From: Octopus sinensis
Taxonomy: Eukaryota
Assembly: GCF_006345805.1 (NCBI RefSeq)
Contig: NC_043009.1
Location: 24,242,001-24,306,000 of the forward strand
Reading direction: 5' to 3'
DNA: 64,000 nt
Below, piece by piece: positions 52,768 through 64,000 of this stretch (its first letter is position 1; every line of letters begins with the position of its first letter). A program made the position numbers and the translations under genes. The notes below the pieces were generated by a model that was given only the letters and a program-made list of their open reading frames with translations, was not told the DNA's origin and did not search any database.

Positions 52768-53604
52768 GAATATAAAACACGTCCAGAGTACTACAGTCAA
52801 TAAAATAGAAATAAAATTTCAAAATCTATATTTTTCCTGTGTGTCTTGGTCCCAAATGAATCCCGGTCCGGCACTGGTCTGCAAACCGGTAGGTGGGGAC
52901 ACCTGCCTTATACAATATGGGATGCGCTTTCTACGAAATATACTGTGTGATATGAAGAATGGCCCCAAATGCAATGTCTTTGATTATTTGATCATCTCAC
53001 TCTGAGTTCATTATAGACTAAAAAATAACAAAAGCCACAACAATAGCAACAACATCAACAGCTACAACAACAATATTAGCGATAATGACGTAGTTGTATT
53101 TCATGCTATAACTCAATAGAACAGAACCAATTCATTCTGGAATAAAATGGTAAAGTGTAATATGGTTAAAGATTTCTTAAGATTGGGGGTCACGCGTGTA
53201 AGGTATTGATAAAAGAGCAGTACTGGCAAAAGTATGGAGTGTTAGTGTGTGCTGTGTGGAGTGGGGTTATGTTGGCGTGCTAGTGTTGCTACCTGTAGTT
53301 TTAATAATGTATAATGCTGGAGGAGGTTGGAGCGGTTGGAGCGGTTTTCGAAGCGGCAGGGGTGTCGGTGGCGATTGTAACAGCTAGAGCTGGTCACGCA
53401 TAAAAATCATCACATCATCATCACCATTGTCGTTATGATGACCATCGCCATCATTGCTGTTACCGTCATTGGTATTGCCATTATTGTTTTCCTCGTTCGT
53501 TCGTTCGTCGTCCTCATGACCATTATCGTCATCAACACCGGCCTATTCGTATATCATCCTCATCATCATCATCATCATCATCATCGTCATCGTCGTCGTC
53601 GTCG

Positions 53605-53641
<37 letters not shown>

Positions 53642-53863
53642 TTTCCTCGTGAAATGTCAACACGCATCTCCCACTCTCCCTCCTCCTCCTCCTCATCATC
53701 ATCATCATTGCCATCTACATTGCTGCAATCGTTTCTGACCTAGTTGATTTTATACATACTATCATTCTGTGTTTTGATGAAAAATCGTTGAAGAGATAGT
53801 TTTGTTGTTGTTGTTGTTGGAAATGCTACTATTGATATTAGTATTGCTAGTGGTAGTGGTGGA

Positions 53864-53929
<66 letters not shown>

Positions 53930-54368
53930 TACTGTTGTTGTTGATGGTGGTGGCTGTAGTGACAGAGGTGGCAGTACCGTTGTTCGACGTAGTAATAGTC
54001 ATTAGCGACTGGTGGGTTTTGAGGAGTGACAGGGCGATATTGATCGAACGTTGATGATGGCTTTTATAGTGATTATGTTGGGCGCTAGTACATTGTGAAG
54101 CTCGGGAACAGTCTTACAGAGGTTGTACTGTCCAGTTCCGTTTTGCATTGCAAAGCACCCACCCAACGCCTCCGTTCTATGCATTCACGTATTTCACACA
54201 CACAATACGCATAAACATACCTAAACATCGACTGCACGTACGTGAACGGTGATACACACTGACCTAACCTTAGATAATGTAAGAACGATCAAACATATAC
54301 CCACGCACACAGCAAATACACTCGTATCTTTGCGTATAATATTTCTCTCTCTCTCTGTACATAGATAC

Positions 54369-54423
<55 letters not shown>

Positions 54424-55184
54424 GTCTGTAGGTGTAGACATGTGCGTGTATGCAAACATGTATAACTTAGCATGTATATATATGTATATATATATATGTA
54501 TATATATATACACATATATATATACATCTCTCTCTCTCTGTATGTATATATATATTTCTATATATATACGTATATGTATATATAGATAGATATATATACA
54601 CACGTATACATATCTTTACCTATACTACTTATTTTTCTATATTTATGTACCTATATTTACGTGCGAATGTATTTTACTATATGCATATGTATGTATGTAA
54701 GTATGTATGTAAACACGTGCGTTTGTGTTTCACGTATATGTATGTATGAATATACACCTCAGTACCTTTATATATATATATAATATATATATATATAATA
54801 TATATATATATCTGTATATATATAACTCGCTCTGAGATTTATCATTGTATATATATATATAATCATTTATGTACATATATATATACATATACATACATAT
54901 GCGTATATTTAGGTCTATATATGTATATACGTATACCACTAACCATGTATGAATATATACAAGCAGTTACATATGCACTCACAGATATGCATGAGTAAAT
55001 AATAAATAAGAATACACCAAACGCATTCGTACGCACGCATACATACAGGCGCTTGGATGCACATAAGCACATACGCAATTGTGCATACACACATACACAT
55101 TTACATGCATGTTTCTAAGTAAGCGCATTTATGTGTGTTTATGAGTACATATGAAAATGTGCATGCAGAGTTTTGAGTGTGTGT

Positions 55185-55228
<44 letters not shown>

Positions 55229-55929
55229 GAAAGAGTGAGAAAGTGTTTGAGAGAGAAAGAGAAATGAAAATAAAAGATTGTAAAGCACTATTCTTCTATA
55301 TAGATGTAGAAAATAGCACAAACACCGGAAATTAATTGTGGAATGAAGTTTGGTGGGTGGCGAATGTTTCCCTTTGCAAAGATAAAATCTCAAAAGCAAG
55401 GCATTGAATTATATTCAAAGAAGGTAAGCTTAATGAAATAAAGCGATAAGATCAAGAGGTGTTGGAAGTGTTGAAAGCATATTGACATGGATTAACCAAA
55501 AGGAAGAAAAAAAACAACAAAAAAACAACAAAAAACGAAGGGAATAGAAAATAAATAAAACACCAACAATAATAACAATAAGAAGAATAGAAAATAAAAA
55601 TGGAAAAAAAATAGTAAATAAATAAAATACTTCGTTACCTAGCAAGGACAGAACCGATCAGAAATGGTACCGTCATGTACCGGAGATTAGTTTGGCTTGT
55701 AGAACATTTCAGTTTTCGAAGTGAATAGAAACGCGGCCCGAAACCTGTTTTTGTTGTTGTTGCTGTTCATGTTGCTATTGTTGTTCGTTCCTTTCCTTTT
55801 TAGTTGTTGATTTTCTGCTTTTGTTGTAGTTGTGGTTGTTTTTGAAATGTTAGCCGCCCCTCCATCTCTTCACATTCGTATATGACCTAAGATACTGTCT
55901 TGTAAACCAATTCAGAATTTCCGCATTTG

Positions 55930-55981
<52 letters not shown>

Positions 55982-56078
55982 TATTATTATTATTATTATC
56001 ACTACACAAATCCCCTCTTATAGGAAACGGCTCTCATTTACGTTAGTTTTCTTTTTCTTTAAAAACAAAATGTTGCAT

Positions 56079-56252
56079 TTCTTCTTCTTCTTCTTCTTCT
56101 TCTTCTTCTTCTTCTTCTTCTTCTTCTTCTTCTTCTTCTTCTTCTTCTTCTTCTTCTTCTTCTTCTTCTTCTTCTTCTTCTTCTTCTTCTTCTTCTTCTT
56201 CTTCTTCTTCTTCTTCTTCTTCTTCTTCTTCTTCTTCTTCTTCTTCTTCTTC
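56079..56252. repeat. Pure (TTC)58 / (GAA)58 tract
   Basis: Direct reading of the sequence. Confidence 0.95.
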
Positions 56253-57444
56253 TCTTCTGCTATTGGTGTCTGAATATCATCATCCGACACCCAATTAATA
56301 AGACACAGAGACGATTTGAAGACTAACTTGGTTTGTAATTGACCAACGAATGCTTATAAGCAATAGAAGACACACTGATGTACAGATAGAGAAGGAAAGA
56401 GAATGGAGTGAAGGAGGGAGAGGGTGTGTGACAGAGAGTGTGTGAGAGAGAGAGAAATACAGGGAGATAGAATAAGAAAATAGGAAAGAAGACAGGAAAA
56501 GGGAGGGCTCAGGGTTAAATGATGTGTTAAACCTCCAATATAAAGCACGCGATATAAAGGTTTACCTTTAATCCCCATTTACAACACTAAACATTTACTA
56601 AACTTTCCATCTCATTCTACACCACCCTCTGTCATCCGTCAGGCTTACTACTCCCTCTCTCTTTGCTTCTCTGTAGAAACGTGTATCTCCCTCTTTTTCA
56701 TATTCCGCACACCATCCCCTACCAACGTTCGTTAATATTTCACGCCCTTCTGTGTTTCTCTCGTGAAGTTTTTTGCAGCCATCTTCCCTACCTCCGTGGG
56801 TGGTAGAGGACTAGTACGGCACCCAGTTTTACGAAACCATCTGGTACTTGGGTGCCTTTGGCAGAGTTCACTCCTTGTCACCATCAGTCTCTTCATTTTT
56901 TTCTCTTCCTAGATCTTAACCCCCGTCCTGTAGCAGTGTGTATTTCGTTTCGTTCCCACCATTGTTCCTCCATTTTTTCTCTTTAGTTAATTTTCTTTCC
57001 CCCTTTGTGGGTGGTATATATAACTCCCCACCCTGATCATCAGTGACCGTTAGCAGAGTTCCTTCTTTAGTAAGCATTGCTATAAAACCTGCTAGTTCTA
57101 TTCCCTTCTCCATGATTATGCTGTGCGAATTGATCTTTTGACGTTCAGGGTCAATATTCACTAATGCAAAAGGGGCACGCAAAATCCATGGGCACTGTCT
57201 CTTCCCCTTCCATGATTAAGACATTGAAGAGAGACAAAGAAATGGCTAAACTGTTTGTGGCCTTTGTATTCTTTATAATCCAATAAAGAATCAAAATTTT
57301 AATATTTCATAGTTGCTGTTGGTAGCTTATCTATTATATACAGAAGGGTCTTAATCTAGAATATCTACCACCATCAAATGGTATCTATTTGTGCTTATCC
57401 CGTATTTAATACGATTCTGGATTTAAAACTGGAAGTGTATCTGT

Positions 57445-57740
57445 TATGACAATGAGGGTTCCGGTTGATCCGGTCCACGGAACAGCCTGCTTGTGAAATT
57501 AAAGTGCAAGTGGCTGAGCACTACAAAAACACGTGTACCCTTAACGTAGTTTTCAAGGAGATTCCACGTGACATAGAATGTGTCAAGGATGGCACTTTGA
57601 AATACAGGTAGAACACGTTTTCACCAGCTAGATAGACTGAAGCAACTAGAAATAAAGTGTCTTGCTCAAGGACAAAAAGCACTGCCAGGAATCGAACTCA
57701 CGACTGTGAGTCGAATATCCTAGACTATATGCCACAAGCT
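57445..57740 (-). mobile_element. tRNA-derived CORE SINE
   Basis: acacgtgtacccttaacgtag tail and aaagtgtcttgctcaaggaca CORE, both in reverse orientation. Confidence 0.75.
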
Positions 57741-57789
57741 TTCACAGATAGTGTATTTAGGACTAGGTTATCTACTTGAGCTTTTCTTC

Positions 57790-58190
57790 ATTCTTTTCTT
57801 TTCTACTCTAGATACAGGCCCGAAATATTTGGGGGGGGGGCAGTCGATTAGATCGACACCAGTACGCTACTGGTAGCCAAGTTATCGACCTGGAAAGGAT
57901 GAAAAGTAAAGTAAAGTTGACCTCAGCGGAATTTGAACTCAGAATGTAAAGACAGACGCAAAGACCTATTTCTTTACTACCCACAAGGGGCTAAATACAG
58001 AGAGGACAAACAAGGACAGACAAACGGATTAAGTCGATTATATCAACCCCAGTGCGTAACTGGTACTTAATTTATCGACCCCGAAAGGATGAAAGGCAAA
58101 GTCGACCTCAGCGGAATTTGAACTCAGAACGTAAAGACAGACGAAATACCACTGAGCATTTCGCCCGGCGGGCTAATGTTTCTCTCAGCT
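57790..58190 (-). mobile_element. SINE family A, dimeric form
   Basis: Full monomer (57960-58190) plus a repeated core and tail (57790-57960); same junction as at 52.48 kb. Confidence 0.85.
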
Positions 58191-58419
58191 TATGAGATTT
58201 CCTTAATTAAGATGGTATTATCTGGATTAGGCTATTTGTCTTGTACAGTAGTACTACAACGTAGCCGCAAGCGATTAGGAACTGGCACATTGTACCATGC
58301 TTTCACTAATTGCTTTAGGTGCATGTGTAGTCACGAACAAAAATTGATACCCTCACGACTCTCTAACTCAAGCAGAACATCACGGATGTGACAGTTGCAA
58401 GAAGTGAGAGAACTGCACT

Positions 58420-58570
58420 GACACTTGACTGTTACTCAAATTTAGCTGAGTAGACTGTAATAACGTAAGAGTAAGTATCTTGCTCAAGGACACATCCTTA
58501 TGCCTGGGCCTGAAATTGAAGCCACAACACATATGTTAATGAGACCAATACTCTATTTATTAGGCCAAGC
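58420..58570 (-). mobile_element. Old CORE-SINE fragment
   Basis: gctgagtagactg...aagtatcttgctcaaggacac. Confidence 0.5.
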
Positions 58571-59469
58571 ACTCTCACAGAACATAGTGGTTAAGTACCG
58601 GATAAACGAAGGTTCCAATAATTGCCATGCCTGGTTCAGGAATAAAAATCTCAAACGTATGTTCATGAGGCCAACAGCTTAACCATTTGGTCAGGCACTT
58701 TCAGAGAAATTAGTGACGAATTAGTGATAAATTAACTTGAAAACGAAAGCTTCAATAAACGAGTGAGTTACTAAAAACAAAAGTCATTTCGTTAACCCTG
58801 AATCCTGCATAATATGTCTTGGAATTCTTGCTGGCAATGTCTTATTTTCATTCCTTATAATGTTCAGAAAACGAACCGGAAGGCACATTCTTTGGTGAGA
58901 AGCGCTTCACTATGTTAACATTTAGTTTCATTCCTATTTCTCAATAGCGTCAAATCTCGCTGGAATGAACTAGATTAAATAGCATTCCATAGGTTTGATT
59001 AGCTGTAGGTGAGAAACTAATCAGTAAGGAATTGTTCTGTACCTATGGCACCTCAAAAAAATTTTGTTTTCCCTTTGGACAAGGTATATTACTCTCTGTA
59101 TAACTATCTTTCTTTTCTGAGGATGATAGGATGAGATTAGAGACGAAATTGTGAGGTAATTCATGTGATTTGAGAAACAGGACAACGTAGAAGGTCACAA
59201 AATTGATCCATCATACATAAATAAATTATGAAGGAAAAAAAAAGCAGGAGCTACTGAGAACCTAGAGAAATTGGTGCGAAGAATAGATACTGTAACTTTA
59301 CAAGACATACATCAGCATATAGGTATATGTACAGATATTTTTACACAGATTGCCACATGCTCAAAATCGTGTGACGGTAATAATAATTTACAAATATGTA
59401 ACAAATATTTATCATAAGTATATATATATATATTATATATATATAATATATATATATCTATATATATAT

Positions 59470-59503
<34 letters not shown>

Positions 59504-59551
59504 CATAATATATATACATATAATATATATATATATATATAATATATATAC

Positions 59552-59630
<79 letters not shown>

Positions 59631-59775
59631 TAAATCAGTGTGCATACATATACAAAACATGTTCATACATTATATATATTCATATAAAATACATCTATCT
59701 GTCTTTTATATATACCACACACATATGTATGTTTACACACACACACACACACACATATATATTTATGCAAGTATA

Positions 59776-59837
<62 letters not shown>

Positions 59838-59951
59838 ATATGAATATACTTGCATATATATATATATACACATATATATATAAGTATATACATACTTAAA
59901 TTATACAAACATAATACATATACACACACATACACGCACGCACACAACACA

Positions 59952-60019
<68 letters not shown>

Positions 60020-60679
60020 CTTATCCCATGAAAAAGAAATACTGGTTTGCAGTAATATTTTTTCAAAAGTTACAAAGAATTTATATAAAAAAACATGCTA
60101 AACACGTAAATTAATATTTTAAATATTAAAAAGAATATGAATAAAACTATTCAAAAATCTAAACATTACTTTAAAGTTTATGTAAATATAGCGGAGACTA
60201 TAATTATATATTGCTTAAAGTATGTCTGTCTCATAACATAAATATTTGATACTTGTTTCCTATGCATAAAATAAAAAAATTCATGGAGGTTAGATTTAGC
60301 AACGATTTAAATTTAATGATGGGGTGACCCTTAGGATTTTTGTGTATAGATATGTGTCTGTGGAGATTTACTTTCATGTATTTGATGTTGTTTAGCCTAA
60401 GGTTATGTCTGATTGTGGAGATCTATGATCAAAGGCAGCCCAAATGTAAGCATCTTGTCATTTTCCCATGATGCTGTTATTCAATGCTTCACGTGTTTTT
60501 ATAAAGATTTTTTATTACTTTTTTAGGATTACAATTAGAATTAAGGGATATTTGAGCCAGTAGAGCGACTCGTTTCATGTTGCATTTTAAGTGGCGTTTT
60601 TGGTGTTAGTTGTCGATGTGCCAACCATAAGAAGGAACTATTTTTGTTATCGAGTGGTTTTCAAATTGCTGGTTGGTGA

Positions 60680-60850
60680 TAGGCGCAGGCGTGGCTGTGT
60701 GGTAAGAAATTTGTCTCTCAACCACATGTTTCTAAGATCAGTCCCACTGCGGGGTACCTTGGGCAAGCATCTTGCGCTAGAGCCTCGGACCCTCCAAATC
60801 TTGTGAATGGATTTAGAAGGCAGAATCTAAACAAAGCCCGTCGAAATGTG
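60680..60850 (+). mobile_element. SINE family B, 5' part
   Basis: aggcgcaggcgtggctgtgtggtaag...tcagtcccactgcggggtaccttgggcaagc...aaagcccgtcg. Confidence 0.8.
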
Positions 60851-60999
60851 TGTATGTATGTATATATATAATTATAATATATTTAATTAATTTCTATGGG
60901 GTTATTATAGATAATATCGTTCAGTATAGATTGAATAACTAAATAGCGGTGTGACTCTAAATTTTATATATTTATTATATATATATATATATATATATA

Positions 61000-61043
<44 letters not shown>

Positions 61044-61082
61044 CACACACACACATATATATATAGTCAAACCGCTATTTAG

Positions 61083-62800
61083 TTTTTTTTTCTGGTCTCA
61101 GCTCAGAGCTGCGGCCATGCTGATGCACTGCCGTTTTGTGCTACACTGTTATTGCGAAGAACCTCGTCTAATATGTGGCAATTGGTGAAGAATGGTGTTT
61201 GATATAGCTACTCTCATTTGCACCTCTTGCCGTGAGGTAGGTTCATCTGGGACTCTCGACAGGAAGATGTCCAGCTTTGATTTAAAAACCGCTACATCTA
61301 CTTTGTGCAAGTTCCTCAGACTCTTTGGGAGAATATTAAAAAGCTGTGGGCCCTTGAAACCCAGGCTGTTGCTGAAGCTGGTCCTGAAGCGTGATGACAT
61401 TGCTGGGATCTTTGGCACTATACAGTGTCGTCCCGTTCTAGCATTAGTGTAGCTTACAATGCCAAAATTTGGCACAATTTCTTCCAGGATCTTCCAGACA
61501 TATATTACTGCATACCACTCCCGTCTTCTCTCCAGGGAGTAGAGTGTTAGCTGTTTCAACCTTTCCCAGTAGCTGAGCTGTTGCAAAGAGACGATCTTCT
61601 TTGTGAATATTCTCTGGATTGCCTCAAGGTCCGCTGTTAATTTTACACTGCTGGGTGACCATAGCTGTGAGCAGTAATCTAGGCGGCTGAGGACGAATGT
61701 CCGCCAGAGGACCATCATGGTTTCCTTATCTCTGGTTCTGAATGTTCTTAGGACCCACCCAGCCAGTCGTCTGCACTTTGTCGCCATCCTGACAATGTGC
61801 ACTTGGAAAGAGGTATCATCACTCATGTCGATACCCAGGTCCTTCACAGACTTAGGCTCTGGGATTGAAATTCCCTGTGGACCGGTGTATCCTGTAAGTT
61901 TAATATTCAGTTTTGGATGCTGGTAGCGCAGGACCTGGAATTTTTCAGCATTAAACTGCATATTATTATCCTCAGCCCATCTGTAGATTGAGTCCAAATC
62001 CTGCTGCAGGTGTGCAACATCGCTGGGGTCCTGTATTTTCTGCGAGACATTCGTATCGTTTGCGTAGCTGGCCAGAGTGGCTATCCGGGCATTTGAGGGC
62101 ATATCTCAGAGGGCCACTATAAAAATCAGTGGTCCCAAGACAGTGACCTGTGGAACACCGCTCACTATTTGTGTGTTCATAGAGGTGGCTCCATTAACCA
62201 CTACTGCCTGACTCCTATCTTTCAGGAAGTCATGTAACCACACTTCAAGTTTTCCAGCTATGCCGAGGTCACGCAGTTTGTGGCATATCATACCATGATC
62301 CACCTTGTCAAAAGCTTTTGCAAAATCAAGGTAGATTACGTCCACATTTGATTTGTTGAGTAACTGCCTCAACACCCAGTCATAATGTTGTAAGAGCTGG
62401 GTCAAGCAGCTCCTACCTGGTCGAAAACCATGCTGGGTATCACTCAGCAAGTTATTTTCCTCAAGGAATGCGATTAGTTTCTTTCTGACTATCCGTTCCA
62501 TGACTTTGCTGATGTGTGAAGTCAGAGAGATAGGCCTATAGTTTTTGGCATCTGCTCTACTTCCCCCTTTATGTATTGGGCATATTATTCCCTCCTTCAG
62601 CTTGCTTGGCAGTTGCCATTCGCAAGAAAGCTCTGGAAGAGAATATTGAGGGGTTTTGCCTGGGCATGCTTACACGCTTTGAGGAGGTTGGCTGGGAAAC
62701 CATCTGGACCAGCAGCTGAATTTGTGTCCACTTCATCTATGGCTAGTAGGACATCTTTTTCGCTAATGTCAATACATTCTATTGTAACCGCCTCGCTTAA
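61083..62800 (-). mobile_element. 5'-truncated CR1-clade LINE: RT and short 3'UTR; one in-frame stop, catalytic YADD mutated to YAND
   Basis: QHGFRPGRSCLTQL, YLDFAKAFDKVDH, GVPQVTVLGP, YANDT, DLGIDMS, LDYCSQLWSP, LYSLERRR. TAA at 61151-61149, then a 3' stem-loop and A-tract. Confidence 0.93.
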
Positions 62801-62802
62801 TC

Positions 62803-62833
<31 letters not shown>

Positions 62834-62939
62834 TTGTAAATTTTTGATTTAGTGTGCTAAGTTGAATTGTTTCCCTGTTGGCTTGGAATTATTATACTCT
62901 CTAACTATTAATAATAATAATAATAATAATATATTGAAG

Positions 62940-63215
62940 TCGCATGGCTCAGTGGTTAGAGCGTCGAGCTTACGATCGTTAGGTTGTGAGTTCGAATCCC
63001 GGACCGGGCTGCGTGTTGTGTTCTTGAGCAAGACACTTTATTTCACGTTGCTCCAGTTCACTCAGCTGTAGAAATGAGATGCGACGTCACAGGTTGCTTT
63101 TCCCTTGGATAACACAGGTGGCATGGAGAGGAGAGGCCGGTATACATGGGTGACTATTGCCCGGACTTGTGCCGGGGAAGGTAACTTTCTAGGTGCAATC
63201 CCATTGTCAGTCATG
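62940..63215 (+). mobile_element. tRNA-derived CORE SINE with intact Pol III A and B boxes
   Basis: TGGCTCAGTGG (A box) and GTTCGAATCC (B box), then gtgttcttgagcaagacactt CORE; (ATGC/ATGT)n tail. Confidence 0.85.
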
Positions 63216-63684
63216 CATGCATGCATGCATGCATGTATGTATGTATGTATGTATGTATGTATGTATGTATGTATGTATGTATGTATGTATGCATGCATGC
63301 ATGCATGCATGTATGTATGTATGTATGTATGTATGTATGTATGTATGAATGAATGTTTGTATGTAAAAATATGTGTGTGTGTCTATGTGTATGTGTTTAT
63401 CCTCCCTCCCCTACAGTTTGACAATCAGTGTTGGTGTGTTGAGGCCGCCATAATATAACGCTTTGGCAAACGATATCAATACTTCCGTACCTTCGTTTCA
63501 GCCGTACTGCTGCTTTCGTGCTAGAACACCATCGTGATTTGGCCGATATCATCAGGATGGAGTGACATCATATCAATACTGCTGGTGTGCTTTTACTTTC
63601 GTTCTGCATACGTACACCTCCAATACATACACCTCCAATACGCACACACACACACGCACACACACACACGCACACACACACAGA

Positions 63685-63716
<32 letters not shown>

Positions 63717-63911
63717 GATACACACACATCAATAACTGCATATATATATATACATCTATCTCTGTCTCTCTCTCTCTCTATCTATGTAACGATCTATGTA
63801 TGTATGTATATGCATGTATGGATGAATGTATGTATGTATGTACCTATCTCTCTCTCTCTATATATATATGTATATACATATATATATGTGTGTGTGTGTA
63901 TAATATATATA

Positions 63912-63953
<42 letters not shown>

Positions 63954-63961
63954 ATTGATTG

Positions 63962-64000
63962 ATTCTAGTTTCAGCTCATGAGCTGTGGTCATGCTGGGGT
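63962..64000 (-). mobile_element. 3' tail of a CR1-type LINE or SINE, cut by the window edge
   Basis: ttctagtttcagctcatgagctgtggtcatgctgggg resembles 61095-61125. Confidence 0.6.

Noticed and set aside
62940-63010. tRNA gene (also 20840-20914 and other SINE heads)
   Set aside because: tRNA-like promoters run directly into SINE bodies and lack a closed acceptor stem.

Overview
AT-rich, microsatellite-dense eukaryotic DNA. The SINE/LINE repertoire looks like Octopus; this is an inference from recognised repeat families, not a database result. Most ORFs in the supplied track are translations of microsatellites. Real coding content is decayed transposable elements: a Tx1/L1-clade LINE (8.75-12.0 kb), a cluster of R4/Dong RLE-type LINE fragments (24.4-33 kb), a CR1-clade LINE (61.1-62.8 kb), Penelope GIY-YIG and pLTR remnants, three Tc1/mariner-superfamily remnants, a Helentron/DINE-1-like element and many tRNA-derived SINEs. 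Strong splice-site pairs on the minus strand (23148-23340, 15265-15360, 12728-12850) suggest a host gene absent from the ORF track, with ATG-free 5'UTR exons and a signal-peptide-like first coding exon. The best leads are: (1) a Tx1 element apparently targeting (TATC)n; (2) minimal hammerhead-ribozyme motifs in Penelope-type repeats; (3) a 15-bp repeat that reads as a frameshifted pentapeptide-repeat ORF; (4) a 3' stem-loop shared by a CR1 LINE and a SINE family; (5) a (TAA)n-targeted nested insertion cluster. No rRNA, bona fide tRNA or CRISPR array was seen.
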